The position numbers were made by a program, and so were the translations under genes. This document shows positions 28,791 through 38,444 of a stretch of 64,000 bases of DNA, one piece after another. Position 1 is the first letter of the stretch. The number at the start of each line of letters is the position of its first letter. The notes below the pieces were generated by a model, which was not told the DNA's origin, ran no database searches, and worked only from the letters and a program-made list of their open reading frames with translations. The DNA comes from Thiotrichaceae bacterium (lineage in GTDB: Bacteria; Pseudomonadota; Gammaproteobacteria; Eutrophobiales; Eutrophobiaceae), in NCBI GenBank assembly GCA_012960105.1, contig DUBV01000045.1:1465-65464 (forward strand), read 5' to 3'.

Positions 28791-31007
28791 ATGAACGAAT
28801 ATATCGAATCCAATGGACTAAAAATAGCAACGCCATTATATGAGTTGCTAGAAAATAAGATCGCGCCAGGCACGGATGTTAATCCAGATGACTTCTGGGC
28901 GGCATTAGCAAAGATTAATAAAAAGCTTGGCCCAGAAAATAAAGCCTTACTTGAAAAACGCAATGATCTTCAAAAGAAAATTGATGATTGGTATATAGAA
29001 CGTAAAGGACACACATTTGATGCAGTAGAACATCAGAACTTTTTGAAAGAAATTGGCTACCTATTGCCAGAAGGCGATAACTTTAAAGTAACGACATCAA
29101 ATGTAGATTGTGAAATAACAACGATAGCAGGGCCGCAATTAGTTGTTCCTGTCGACAAGTCACGATATGCACTAAATGCAGCTAATGCACGTTGGGGTAG
29201 TTTGTACGATGCATTGTATGGCACAGATTTAATTCTTGAAGTTGAAGGTTGTAAGCGAACAAAAAAATATAATCCTGTTCGTGGCGCTAAAGTAATCAAG
29301 TATGTTCGTAACTTTCTAGATACTTCTGTTCCTATGGCCATTGGCAGTCATGGTTTTGTTGTTCAATATAAAGTGAGATCCGGAAAGCTCATTGGAATTA
29401 TGGGCGATGGCACTGAATCTGGGCTAGGTAAGCGAGAACGATTTGTTGGCTATACAGGCGAGCCAGAATCCCCAAAAAGTATTTTTCTTAGTCACAATCA
29501 TATGTATATTGAGATATGCCTTGGTGAAGGATTTTATATCGGCCGTGGTGATTTGGCGGGTGTTTATGATGTTAAATTAGAATCTGCAGTTAGTACCATT
29601 ATGGATTGCGAAGATTCTGTTGCCGCAGTTGATGCTGAAGATAAAACACAGGTCTACTCGAACTGGTTGGGTTTAATGAAAGGTAATCTGAAACTTACAA
29701 TAGTTAAAGAAAATGAAACTATTGAAAGATCATTAGCGCCTGATCGTAACTACACTAGTCCCGACGGTAAAAAATGTACGCTTAGAAGTCGCAGCTTAAT
29801 GTTATGCCGTAATGTAGGCATTCATATGTACACCGATGCTGTAATGACGACTGATGGCGAACAGATCCCCGAAGGTTTTCTGGATGCGATGATGACCGTT
29901 CTTATCGCAAAACATGATCTGTTAGGAAAAGGAAATTTTAGAAATAGTCTTGAAGGAAGTGTATATATCGTTAAACCAAAATTACATGGACCAGAAGAAG
30001 TTGCATCCACTGTTAAACTTTTTGAATTGGTAGAACAGGCTTTGGGTTTAGAAAAAAACACAGTCAAGATTGGAATTATGGATGAAGAGCGCAGAACGAC
30101 TGTTAATCTAAAAGAATGTATTAGAGTTGCTAAAGAGCGTGTGATTTTTATTAACACAGGCTTTCTTGATCGTACCGGCGATGAGATTCATACCAGTATG
30201 CAAGCAGCAGCTGTTATGAAAAAGAAAGACTTAAAGTCGGCAACTTGGTTGCTTGCCTATGAAGACTGGAATGTTGATGTTGGTTTAGAGACCGGTTTAC
30301 CCGGCCATGCTCAGATTGGTAAAGGCATGTGGGCAGAGCCTGAGAATATGGCGAATATGATGGAGGCCAAAATAAATCATCCTCGTGCGGGCGCAAGTAC
30401 CGCTTGGGTCCCATCACCTACAGCCGCAACATTGCACGCGATGCATTATCATCGAGTTGATGTCCATAGTCGTCAACAGGAATTATGCAAAGTAACACGT
30501 TCGAACCTAAATGATATTCTTACAATTCCTGTACTTGAAGAAGAACTTACGGACGCCGAAATTCGAGCAGAGATTGAGAATAATGCACAGGGAATTCTTG
30601 GCTATGTGGTGCGTTGGATTGATCAAGGTGTTGGCTGCTCGAAAGTGCCTGATATTAACAATGTTTCTTTGATGGAAGATCGAGCAACGTTAAGAATTTC
30701 TAGCCAGCATATTTCCAATTGGTTGCATCATGAATTAGTAACGCCAAAACAGGTTGTTGACGTTTTTCAAAAGATGGCAGCAATTGTCGATTTTCAAAAT
30801 GCAAACGATCCATTATATAAAAGTATGTCACCGGATTTTGATAACAATATTGCATTTAAAGCGGCATTAGATCTTGTTTTTACTGGATGCTCTGAGGCAA
30901 GTGGTTATACCGAAAAAGTATTACACGCTCGTCGAAGAGAAGCTAAGTTAAAAGAAAAGCATGAGTCATTATTTATAATAAATAACACAGTTCGTCAGTG
31001 CTTGTAA
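28791..31007 (+). CDS. glcB: Malate synthase G
   Basis: 738 aa; blocks AGPQLVVP, NAANARWGSLYDALYGTD, IGIMDEERRTTVNL, NTGFLDRTGDEIHT. Confidence 0.9.
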   Translation: MNEYIESNGLKIATPLYELLENKIAPGTDVNPDDFWAALAKINKKLGPENKALLEKRNDLQKKIDDWYIERKGHTFDAVEHQNFLKEIGYLLPEGDNFKVTTSNVDCEITTIAGPQLVVPVDKSRYALNAANARWGSLYDALYGTDLILEVEGCKRTKKYNPVRGAKVIKYVRNFLDTSVPMAIGSHGFVVQYKVRSGKLIGIMGDGTESGLGKRERFVGYTGEPESPKSIFLSHNHMYIEICLGEGFYIGRGDLAGVYDVKLESAVSTIMDCEDSVAAVDAEDKTQVYSNWLGLMKGNLKLTIVKENETIERSLAPDRNYTSPDGKKCTLRSRSLMLCRNVGIHMYTDAVMTTDGEQIPEGFLDAMMTVLIAKHDLLGKGNFRNSLEGSVYIVKPKLHGPEEVASTVKLFELVEQALGLEKNTVKIGIMDEERRTTVNLKECIRVAKERVIFINTGFLDRTGDEIHTSMQAAAVMKKKDLKSATWLLAYEDWNVDVGLETGLPGHAQIGKGMWAEPENMANMMEAKINHPRAGASTAWVPSPTAATLHAMHYHRVDVHSRQQELCKVTRSNLNDILTIPVLEEELTDAEIRAEIENNAQGILGYVVRWIDQGVGCSKVPDINNVSLMEDRATLRISSQHISNWLHHELVTPKQVVDVFQKMAAIVDFQNANDPLYKSMSPDFDNNIAFKAALDLVFTGCSEASGYTEKVLHARRREAKLKEKHESLFIINNTVRQCL

Positions 31008-31043
31008 ATTTTATAAGAGCTAAAAAAGAGGGAAGATAATTAT

Positions 31044-32981
31044 ATGTCTGAAACTAAACTCTATACAGTTTCTAAAACTGCACAAAAACATGCATTCATT
31101 GGTAAAGAGAAATATCAATCTATGTACGAACGTTCGATTAATGATGCGAATGCATTTTGGGGTGAACAAGCCGATGAGTTTCTAAGCTGGTTTTCCAAAT
31201 GGGACAAAGTCCAGGAATGGGATTACAACGACGTTAATATTAATTGGTTCAAAGGTGGTAAGTTAAACGTCAGTTACAATTGTCTCGATAGACATCTGGA
31301 AACACGTGGCGATCAAGTCGCGATTATCTGGGAAGGAGACGATCCGGATGTCGATAAAAATATTACTTATAAAGAATTACATGAGGAAGTTTGTAAGCTA
31401 GCAAACGTTCTTAAGGCCCGTGGCGTGAAGAAAGGCGATCGAATTGCCATCTATATGCCAATGATAGCCGAAGCAGCCGTGGCCATGTTAGCTTGCACAC
31501 GCATAGGTGCAGTGCATTCTATCGTCTTCGGTGGTTTTTCCCCAAGCGCTTTAAAAGACCGTATTCTCGATTCTGATTGCCAAGTGGTGATAACGGCGGA
31601 TGAAGGTGTCCGTGGCGGTAAACACATTCCGCTTAAAACTAATGTTGATACCGCGGTATCTGAGTGTCCGAATGTACATACGGTCTTAGTCGTTAAACGT
31701 ACCGGCAATGTAGTGGCTTGGGATGATAATAGAGATGTTTGGTATCATGAGATGATGGCAGGCGTGTCGAGTGATTGTCCACCAGAAGAAATGGATGCGG
31801 AAGATCCTTTGTTTATATTGTATACATCAGGTTCGACCGGAAAGCCAAAAGGTGTGCTACATACAACCGGTGGTTATTTATTATTTGTCGCGATGACACA
31901 CAAGTATGTCTTTGATTATCACGACGGTGATATCTATTGGTGTACGGCAGATGTTGGTTGGGTGACAGGACACTCCTATATTGTTTATGGGCCCTTATGT
32001 AATGCGGCAACTACTTTAATGTTTGAAGGTGTGCCTACCTATCCGGATGCAGGCCGATTCTGGCAAGTGGTGGATAAACATAAAGTGAATACGTTTTATA
32101 CAGCACCGACGGCGATTCGTGCGTTGATGGGCCAGGGTGATGAATTTGTTAAAAAAACCAGCAGAGAAAGTTTAAGGATCCTTGGTACAGTAGGCGAGCC
32201 GATAAACCCGGAAGCTTGGGAATGGTATTACCATATCGTCGGTAATGAACAATGCCCGATTATCGATACATGGTGGCAGACGGAAACAGGTGGTCATTTA
32301 ATCACGCCATTGCCGGGCGCTACTGATCTGAAACCGGGTTCAGCGACACTGCCATTCTTTGGTGTTGAGCCGTGTTTGCTTGATGACAAAGGTAATGAAA
32401 TAGAAGGGGTTGGCGAGGGTGCACTTTGTATTAAACGTTCGTGGCCAGGTCAAATGCGTACCTTATATGGTGATCATGAACGTTTCAAAGAAACTTATTT
32501 CACTATGTATCCCGGAAAGTATTTTACTGGTGATGGTGCCCGTCGTGATGAAGATGGTTATTACTGGATAACCGGACGTATGGATGATGTGATTAATGTT
32601 TCAGGTCATCGCATGGGGACTGCCGAGGTTGAAAGTGCTTTGGTTTTGCATCAGGATGTCACCGAATCTGCCGTAGTCGGTTATCCACATGATATTAAGG
32701 GACAAGGTATTTATGCCTATATCACTTTAATGAATGGTGTTGAGGCGACAGATGATCTTAAACAGGAATTGGTTAAACATGTACGAAGTGAGATCGGACC
32801 AATAGCGAGTCCAGATATTATCCAGTGGGCACCAGGACTTCCGAAAACACGTTCAGGTAAAATCATGCGACGCATCTTGAGAAAGGTGGCGGCGAATGAA
32901 CTCGATAATTTGGGTGATACTAGTACACTTGCTGAACCTGATGTTGTGAATGATTTAATTGATAATAGAGTGAATAGATAA
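31044..32981 (+). CDS. acs: Acetyl-CoA synthetase
   Basis: 645 aa; [31 protein letters not shown]. Confidence 0.95.
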   Translation: MSETKLYTVSKTAQKHAFIGKEKYQSMYERSINDANAFWGEQADEFLSWFSKWDKVQEWDYNDVNINWFKGGKLNVSYNCLDRHLETRGDQVAIIWEGDDPDVDKNITYKELHEEVCKLANVLKARGVKKGDRIAIYMPMIAEAAVAMLACTRIGAVHSIVFGGFSPSALKDRILDSDCQVVITADEGVRGGKHIPLKTNVDTAVSECPNVHTVLVVKRTGNVVAWDDNRDVWYHEMMAGVSSDCPPEEMDAEDPLFILYTSGSTGKPKGVLHTTGGYLLFVAMTHKYVFDYHDGDIYWCTADVGWVTGHSYIVYGPLCNAATTLMFEGVPTYPDAGRFWQVVDKHKVNTFYTAPTAIRALMGQGDEFVKKTSRESLRILGTVGEPINPEAWEWYYHIVGNEQCPIIDTWWQTETGGHLITPLPGATDLKPGSATLPFFGVEPCLLDDKGNEIEGVGEGALCIKRSWPGQMRTLYGDHERFKETYFTMYPGKYFTGDGARRDEDGYYWITGRMDDVINVSGHRMGTAEVESALVLHQDVTESAVVGYPHDIKGQGIYAYITLMNGVEATDDLKQELVKHVRSEIGPIASPDIIQWAPGLPKTRSGKIMRRILRKVAANELDNLGDTSTLAEPDVVNDLIDNRVNR

Positions 32982-32990
32982 GGTGGTTAT

Positions 32991-33515
32991 ATGAATTTAG
33001 ATAGAGTGGCAACAGGAAAAAATCCGCCTAATGAGGTAAATATTGTTGTTGAAATTCCTTTGCATGGTGCACCGGTAAAATATGAATTGGATAAAGAAAG
33101 CGGAGCGATGTTTGTGGATCGTTTTCTAAATACATCAATGCATTATCCTTGTAACTACGGTTATATTCCTAGAACGTTGGCTAAAGATGGAGATGCTATC
33201 GATGCTATCGTTATGACACCGATGCCTTTGATTCATGGTTCGGTTATTCCTTGTCGTCCAATTGGTATTTTGAAAATGACAGACGAAGCAGGGGATGATA
33301 GTAAAGTCATGGTGGTGCCACTTGATTCAGTCTCTAAGTTTCATACGAATGTTAATTCTTATAAGGATGTACAACCGGCATTATTAGATCAAATCACACA
33401 CTTCTTTGAACATTATAAAGATCTCGAGCCTAATAAATGGGTCAAAGTTGATGGTTGGTATGATGCTGATGAAGCCAGGAAAGAAATTATTGCCGCCATG
33501 GAAGCGTATACATGA
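32991..33515 (+). CDS. ppa: Inorganic pyrophosphatase (family I)
   Basis: 174 aa; YPCNYGYIP, DGDAIDA, acidic active-site pattern. Confidence 0.9.
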   Translation: MNLDRVATGKNPPNEVNIVVEIPLHGAPVKYELDKESGAMFVDRFLNTSMHYPCNYGYIPRTLAKDGDAIDAIVMTPMPLIHGSVIPCRPIGILKMTDEAGDDSKVMVVPLDSVSKFHTNVNSYKDVQPALLDQITHFFEHYKDLEPNKWVKVDGWYDADEARKEIIAAMEAYT

Positions 33516-33528
33516 TTTTATGCTTAGT

Positions 33529-33675
33529 GTAGGAATGTAGGAACCTTTTGGACACTTCGTGTATTTTAACTCACACGGAGGATCAGAAGATGACGACCGA
33601 TGAAAGAGAAATCAATCGTAAGCGACGTATCCTTGAGCATGCCGATGTATCAGGCAATGTCGCAAAGACCTGCCG
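33529..33675 (+). mobile_element. Remnant of an insertion sequence: putative terminal repeat plus the first ~30 codons of an rve-type (IS481-like) transposase HTH
   Basis: Hand-found ORF at 33590 begins MTTDEREINRKRRILEHADVSGNVAKTCRE. This matches the ...ILEHA..SGNV.KTCRYFGISR... N-termini of IS481-like transposases as I recall them. It breaks off at about 33672, where carbonic-anhydrase sequence begins on the other strand. tgtaggaatgtaggaacc lies at the outer end. Confidence 0.55.
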
Positions 33676-34208
33676 TGAATGGAAAGTTCTATGCCTTTTT
33701 TCCATGAATTTTGCACGATAGTTGTATTACATACATTAGATGACTTGCTCCATGACATTCAGCTCGCATAATAAATTTAATTTATCATCATGCTTTAGTC
33801 CGTTTAGTTTTTCTGCATGAAAACGCCCCACATCTTTAATGTGGCGTAGCCAATTATCGATCAGACCATGCTCTCCGTGTTTTCTAACGCAGCCTTTATG
33901 CCTCCGCACCCATAATGCCCACAAACAACGATATGTTTTACTTCTAGAATTTCAACTGCAAATTGTATTACTTAAAGGCAATTCAGATCTGTATGCACAA
34001 CAACGTTTGCAATATTTCGATGAACAAATACTTCACCCGGGGGTAAATCTACTATTTGATTCGCGGGCACTCTACTATCTGAACAACCAATCCAGAGATA
34101 TTCGGGCGCTTGTTGCTTAGATAGTTGTGAGAAAAACTCAGGGTTCTTCTCTTTAATTTCAGCGGCCCACACCAAATTTCTATCAAAAAGATGCTTCAAT
34201 GATTTCAA
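33672..34208 (-). pseudogene. can: Beta-class carbonic anhydrase (Can-like), multiply inactivated
   Basis: Manual translation gives ...CSDSRVP...[40 protein letters not shown], then a frameshift near 33870, then [13 protein letters not shown]...[10 protein letters not shown], then a +1 frameshift near 33738, then NVCNTTIVQNSWKKGIELSIHG. Homology is then replaced by the IS remnant. The in-frame TAA is at 33972..33974. Confidence 0.85.
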
Positions 34209-34279
34209 CTTTTAGTTAATTCCTATATGTGATTTTGTATTTAATAGTATGTTAATGAGCAAGGATTCTAATGTAATTA

Positions 34280-37200
34280 TTACATATCATAACCTAGACT
34301 AGGGGCTAACCAGCGTTCAATTTCTTGAAGAGACATACCTTTACGTTTCGCGTAACTTTCAATTTGGTCTTTATTTACTTTACCTAAACCAAAATATCTT
34401 GAGTTTGGATGTGAAAAGTACCAGCCGGATACTGCGGCAGTGGGATACATAGCGTAAGAATTAGTTAATTTTATTCCAGTATTTTCTTCTACATTTAGCA
34501 GTTTCCATAGTTTGGATTTTTCAGTGTGATCTGGACACGCAGGATAGCCGGGAGCAGGGCGAATGCCCTGATATTTTTCGGATATCAATGCATTATTATC
34601 TAATCCGTCATCATCGTTGTAACCCCAGTATTCTTGTCTTACTCGTTGATGTAATCGTTCGGCAAAGGCTTCTGCAAAACGATCGGCAAGGGCTTTTAGC
34701 ATGATGGCACTATAATCATCGTGATCGTCTTCAAAAGTTTTGATGCGATCTTCCATGTCAAAACCAGTGGCGACAGCAAAGGCGCCAATGTAATCTTTAA
34801 CGTGTGTTTCTTCAGGCGCAACAAAATCTGCTAATGCATGATTTGCCTGGCCAGGTGGTCTTTGTGTTTGTTGTCTTAATGAATGTAAGGTTTCTAATAT
34901 ACCGTCACGCTTCTCATTGGTATAAACCTCAATGTCATCATGACCAATAGAGTTAGCAGGGAATAGGCCGATAACGCCTTTTGCCGTAAACCATTTTTCA
35001 GAGACAATCTTATTCAACATAACTTTGGCTTCTTCATAAAGCTTGGTTGCTTCTTCGCCAACAATTTTATCTTCGAGTATACGAGGAAATTTTCCTGCAA
35101 GTTCCCATGCGATAAAGAAAGGCGTCCAATCAATATAGTCTTTCAGTTCTTCTAAGGGGTAATCATCAAATACAGTAATACCTAATTTCTTTGGTGCGGG
35201 AGGCGTGTAAGCTTCCCAATCAGCTTTAAAGCGATTTTCTCTTGCTTTCTCAATTGTTAGCCACTTTATTTTCGATTGCTTGCCTTTATGCTGTTCACGA
35301 ACAGTATTGTATTCTTCTTTAATTTCTTTAACGAAGGCTTCTTTCATGCCATCGCTAAGTAACTTTGTCGATACACCTACAGCACGCGATGCATCTTTAA
35401 CATAGACAACGGTTTGTTCATAGCCAGGATCGATCTTAACTGCAGTATGTGCTCGCGATGTTGTTGCACCACCAATCATTAAAGGCACGATAAAGTTTTG
35501 TCGCTGCATTTCTTTAGCAACATGCACCATCTCATCTAATGATGGAGTAATTAAACCACTCAAGCCAATGATGTCAGCATTTTCTTCTTTAGCAGCATCA
35601 AGGATCTTTTGCGCAGGCACCATGACGCCAAGATCAATCACTTCATAGTTATTGCATTGCAAGACTACGGAAACAATGTTTTTTCCTATGTCATGTACGT
35701 CACCTTTAACGGTGGCCATGATAATTTTGCCATTACTTTTTATTTCACCTTCGCCTTTTTCTTCTTCAATAAAAGGCATGAGGTAGGCAACGGCTTTTTT
35801 CATGACGCGGGCGCTTTTAACTACTTGTGGCAAGAACATTTTTCCGGCGCCAAAAAGATCGCCAACGACATTCATGCCGTCCATCAATGCGCCCTCGATG
35901 ACATGAATTGGTTTTTCTGATTGCTGACGCGCTTCTTCGGTATCTTCTTCAATGTATTCGGCAATACCTTTTACCAATGAATGAGTCAGTCGTTCGCCAA
36001 CCGTTGCCTTACGCCATTCAAGGTCAACTTTCTTTTCTTTTGTTTTTCCGCCTTTTACGGTCTCGGCAAAATCGACTAGTCGATCAGTTGCATCATCACG
36101 TTTGTTTAATAATACATCTTCAACGTAAGTTAATAGTTCTTTGGGAATATCATCATAGATACCCAATTGTCCGGCATTAACAATACCCATATCTAAACCG
36201 GCTTGTATGCCGTGATAGAGAAAGGCGCTATGCATCGCTTCACGTACTGGATTATTGCCGCGGAATGAAAATGAGACGTTACTTAAACCACCACTGACTA
36301 GAGCATGCGGTAGGTGTTCTTTAATTAATTTCGTGCCTTCGAAAAAAGACACGGCAAAGTTGTTGTGTTCTTCCATGCCGGTAGCAATAGTTAAAACATT
36401 CGGATCGAAGATTATATCTTCTGGTGGAAAGCCAACCTTGTCGACAAGTATGTCATAAGATCGTTTGCAGACTTCAAAGCGACGATCAGTACTATCGGCT
36501 TGTCCGGTTTCATCAAAGGCCATAACGACGACTGCTGCGCCATATCGTCGAACGAGTTTTGCGCGTTCAATAAATAATTCTTCGCCTTCTTTAAGACTAA
36601 TAGAGTTAACAATACCTTTGCCTTGTACACAACGTAGCCCAGCTTCAATGACACTCCACTTGGAGGAATCGATCATGATCGGCACACGGCTGATATCTGG
36701 TTCAGAAGCGATTAGTTTCAGGAATTCTTCCATTATTTGCTCAGATTCGAGCATGCCTTCATCCATACAAATATCGATGACCTGTGCGCCATTTTCAACT
36801 TGCTGGCGAGCAACTTCGAGTGCCGCATCCAGATTTTCTTCTTCTTTGACGAGTCTTAGAAATAGAGGAGATCCGGCAACATTAGTACGTTCGCCAACAT
36901 TAACGAAATTCACCTCTGGCGTGATATTGAACGGCTCTAGACCACTCAATCTTTGTACGATAGGTAAATCAGGTATTTTTCTTGGTGCAACGCCTTCGAC
37001 AACCTTGGCCATTTCGCGGATATGATCTGGTGTGGTACCACAACAACCACCAACAATGTTCAAAAATCCGGATTCGGCCCATTCTTTGATGTGTTCGGAC
37101 ATCGGTTCTGCTTCGAGGTCATATTCACCAAATTCATTGGGTAATCCCGCGTTCGGATGAGCTGAAATATAGCTTTGCGAAATACTAGAAAGTTCTTCAA

Positions 37201-37972
37201 TATATTGACGTAAGTCATTGGGACCTAAGGCACAATTTAATCCAATAGTGATCGGGTTAGCATGTCTGACAGAGTTCCAGAAGGCTTCAGCTGTCTGACC
37301 TGTCAGAGTACGACCTGAGGCGTCAGTAATGGTCCCAGAGATCATAATCGGTAGTTTTACATCATGATCATCGAAATATTGGTCTATCGCGAACAGGGCA
37401 GCTTTTGCGTTAAGCGTATCGAATACGGTCTCGACCAGCAGTAAATCCGCCCCACCATCAACTAGGCCACGAATTGCCTCAGTATAGGACTCTACCAGCT
37501 CCATATAGGTGATATTTCTGAATCCAGGATTGTTTACATCCGGTGAAATAGAACATGTTCGGTTTGTCGGGCCGAGTACACCAGCGACAAAACGGGGTTT
37601 ATCTGGATTTTTCGCGGTTAATTCATCTGCCACTTCACGAGCAATGGCAGCACCTTGTTCATTTAATTCATAAACGAGATCTTCCATCTCGTAATCAGCC
37701 ATAGCAATAGAGGTGCCGTTGAAAGTATTGGTCTCAACAATATCGGCACCAGCTTCATAATAAGCGAGATGAATCGCCTTGATGATATCTGGACGCGTCA
37801 ATGTCAGTAGATCGTTATTACCTTTTACATCACAGGAATGATTGGCAAAGCGTTCGCCACGATAATCTTCTTCTTCCAGCTTATATGACTGGATCATCGT
37901 GCCCATGCCGCCGTCTAAAACGAGGATACGCTCTTTAATTAGTGATTGAATTTGTCCTGTTTTATCCGTCAT
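34280..37972 (-). CDS. metH: Cobalamin-dependent methionine synthase
   Basis: 1230 aa with Hcy-binding, pterin-binding, B12-binding ([11 protein letters not shown]) and AdoMet activation domains. Confidence 0.95.
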   Translation of the reverse strand: MTDKTGQIQSLIKERILVLDGGMGTMIQSYKLEEEDYRGERFANHSCDVKGNNDLLTLTRPDIIKAIHLAYYEAGADIVETNTFNGTSIAMADYEMEDLVYELNEQGAAIAREVADELTAKNPDKPRFVAGVLGPTNRTCSISPDVNNPGFRNITYMELVESYTEAIRGLVDGGADLLLVETVFDTLNAKAALFAIDQYFDDHDVKLPIMISGTITDASGRTLTGQTAEAFWNSVRHANPITIGLNCALGPNDLRQYIEELSSISQSYISAHPNAGLPNEFGEYDLEAEPMSEHIKEWAESGFLNIVGGCCGTTPDHIREMAKVVEGVAPRKIPDLPIVQRLSGLEPFNITPEVNFVNVGERTNVAGSPLFLRLVKEEENLDAALEVARQQVENGAQVIDICMDEGMLESEQIMEEFLKLIASEPDISRVPIMIDSSKWSVIEAGLRCVQGKGIVNSISLKEGEELFIERAKLVRRYGAAVVVMAFDETGQADSTDRRFEVCKRSYDILVDKVGFPPEDIIFDPNVLTIATGMEEHNNFAVSFFEGTKLIKEHLPHALVSGGLSNVSFSFRGNNPVREAMHSAFLYHGIQAGLDMGIVNAGQLGIYDDIPKELLTYVEDVLLNKRDDATDRLVDFAETVKGGKTKEKKVDLEWRKATVGERLTHSLVKGIAEYIEEDTEEARQQSEKPIHVIEGALMDGMNVVGDLFGAGKMFLPQVVKSARVMKKAVAYLMPFIEEEKGEGEIKSNGKIIMATVKGDVHDIGKNIVSVVLQCNNYEVIDLGVMVPAQKILDAAKEENADIIGLSGLITPSLDEMVHVAKEMQRQNFIVPLMIGGATTSRAHTAVKIDPGYEQTVVYVKDASRAVGVSTKLLSDGMKEAFVKEIKEEYNTVREQHKGKQSKIKWLTIEKARENRFKADWEAYTPPAPKKLGITVFDDYPLEELKDYIDWTPFFIAWELAGKFPRILEDKIVGEEATKLYEEAKVMLNKIVSEKWFTAKGVIGLFPANSIGHDDIEVYTNEKRDGILETLHSLRQQTQRPPGQANHALADFVAPEETHVKDYIGAFAVATGFDMEDRIKTFEDDHDDYSAIMLKALADRFAEAFAERLHQRVRQEYWGYNDDDGLDNNALISEKYQGIRPAPGYPACPDHTEKSKLWKLLNVEENTGIKLTNSYAMYPTAAVSGWYFSHPNSRYFGLGKVNKDQIESYAKRKGMSLQEIERWLAPSLGYDM

Positions 37973-37992
37973 ATCGCTTAGTTTCTATCATT

Positions 37993-38066
37993 AAGCGAGC
38001 GCGGTTTTAAAGACTAACGTCTAAGCCTGGCAACATTGTAACTGTTGTCGCAGCGCTCCTCAGAAC
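37993..38066 (-). promoter_or_regulatory. SAH (S-adenosylhomocysteine) riboswitch in the metH leader
   Basis: Minus strand reads cuGAGGAGCGCUGCGAC-aacaguuacaauguu-GCCAGGCUuaga...aaAACCGCGCUCGC. This matches the SAH riboswitch core (AGGAGCGCUGCGAC ... CAGGCUC ... AAC.GCGCUC) as I recall it. It ends about 20 nt before the metH ATG. Confidence 0.8.
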
Positions 38067-38150
38067 GTTTTTAAGGATGCGAAGTATAGTCTATCGTTTC
38101 ACGTTATTCCAATAGCAATAACAATAAATAATAGTGAGTTAAAAGATGGT

Positions 38151-38414
38151 TTACTCTGTAATAACGTGAGATTTTGTTGGGCGTAGAACAAACCAGGCAA
38201 CATAGCCTATTGGCCAGGCGATTAGCGCTAGCAGCATCCCTTTGGTAAGTGCCAATGCGGCAGCGATGATGAAAATTAACGGAATTATGCCTCCCTTTAG
38301 GCCCATATCACGAGTTGCGGCATCACCATATATCCAGAGTATGCTGCAAACATAAACTGAACAGAGAATGATAAATATAAACACTTCTGTTGAGTTGCTA
38401 AACGAAAATGACAC
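38151..38414 (-). CDS. Small three-TM membrane protein, unknown function
   Basis: 87-aa hydrophobic ORF immediately downstream of the MFS gene (30-nt gap). Confidence 0.5.
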   Translation of the reverse strand: MSFSFSNSTEVFIFIILCSVYVCSILWIYGDAATRDMGLKGGIIPLIFIIAAALALTKGMLLALIAWPIGYVAWFVLRPTKSHVITE

Positions 38415-38444
38415 TGTTTTTCCCCCTAAAATATTTTTATATAA

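Noticed and set aside
36465-37025. 186-aa plus-strand ORF, along with other long antisense ORFs (35609..35920, 4389..4685, 22883..23332, 40619..40993, 29822..30157).
   Set aside because: They lie entirely antisense to strongly supported genes (metH, ettA, the cNMP-binding gene, btuB, glcB). They have low-complexity or atypical composition and no motifs. I treat them as shadow ORFs.
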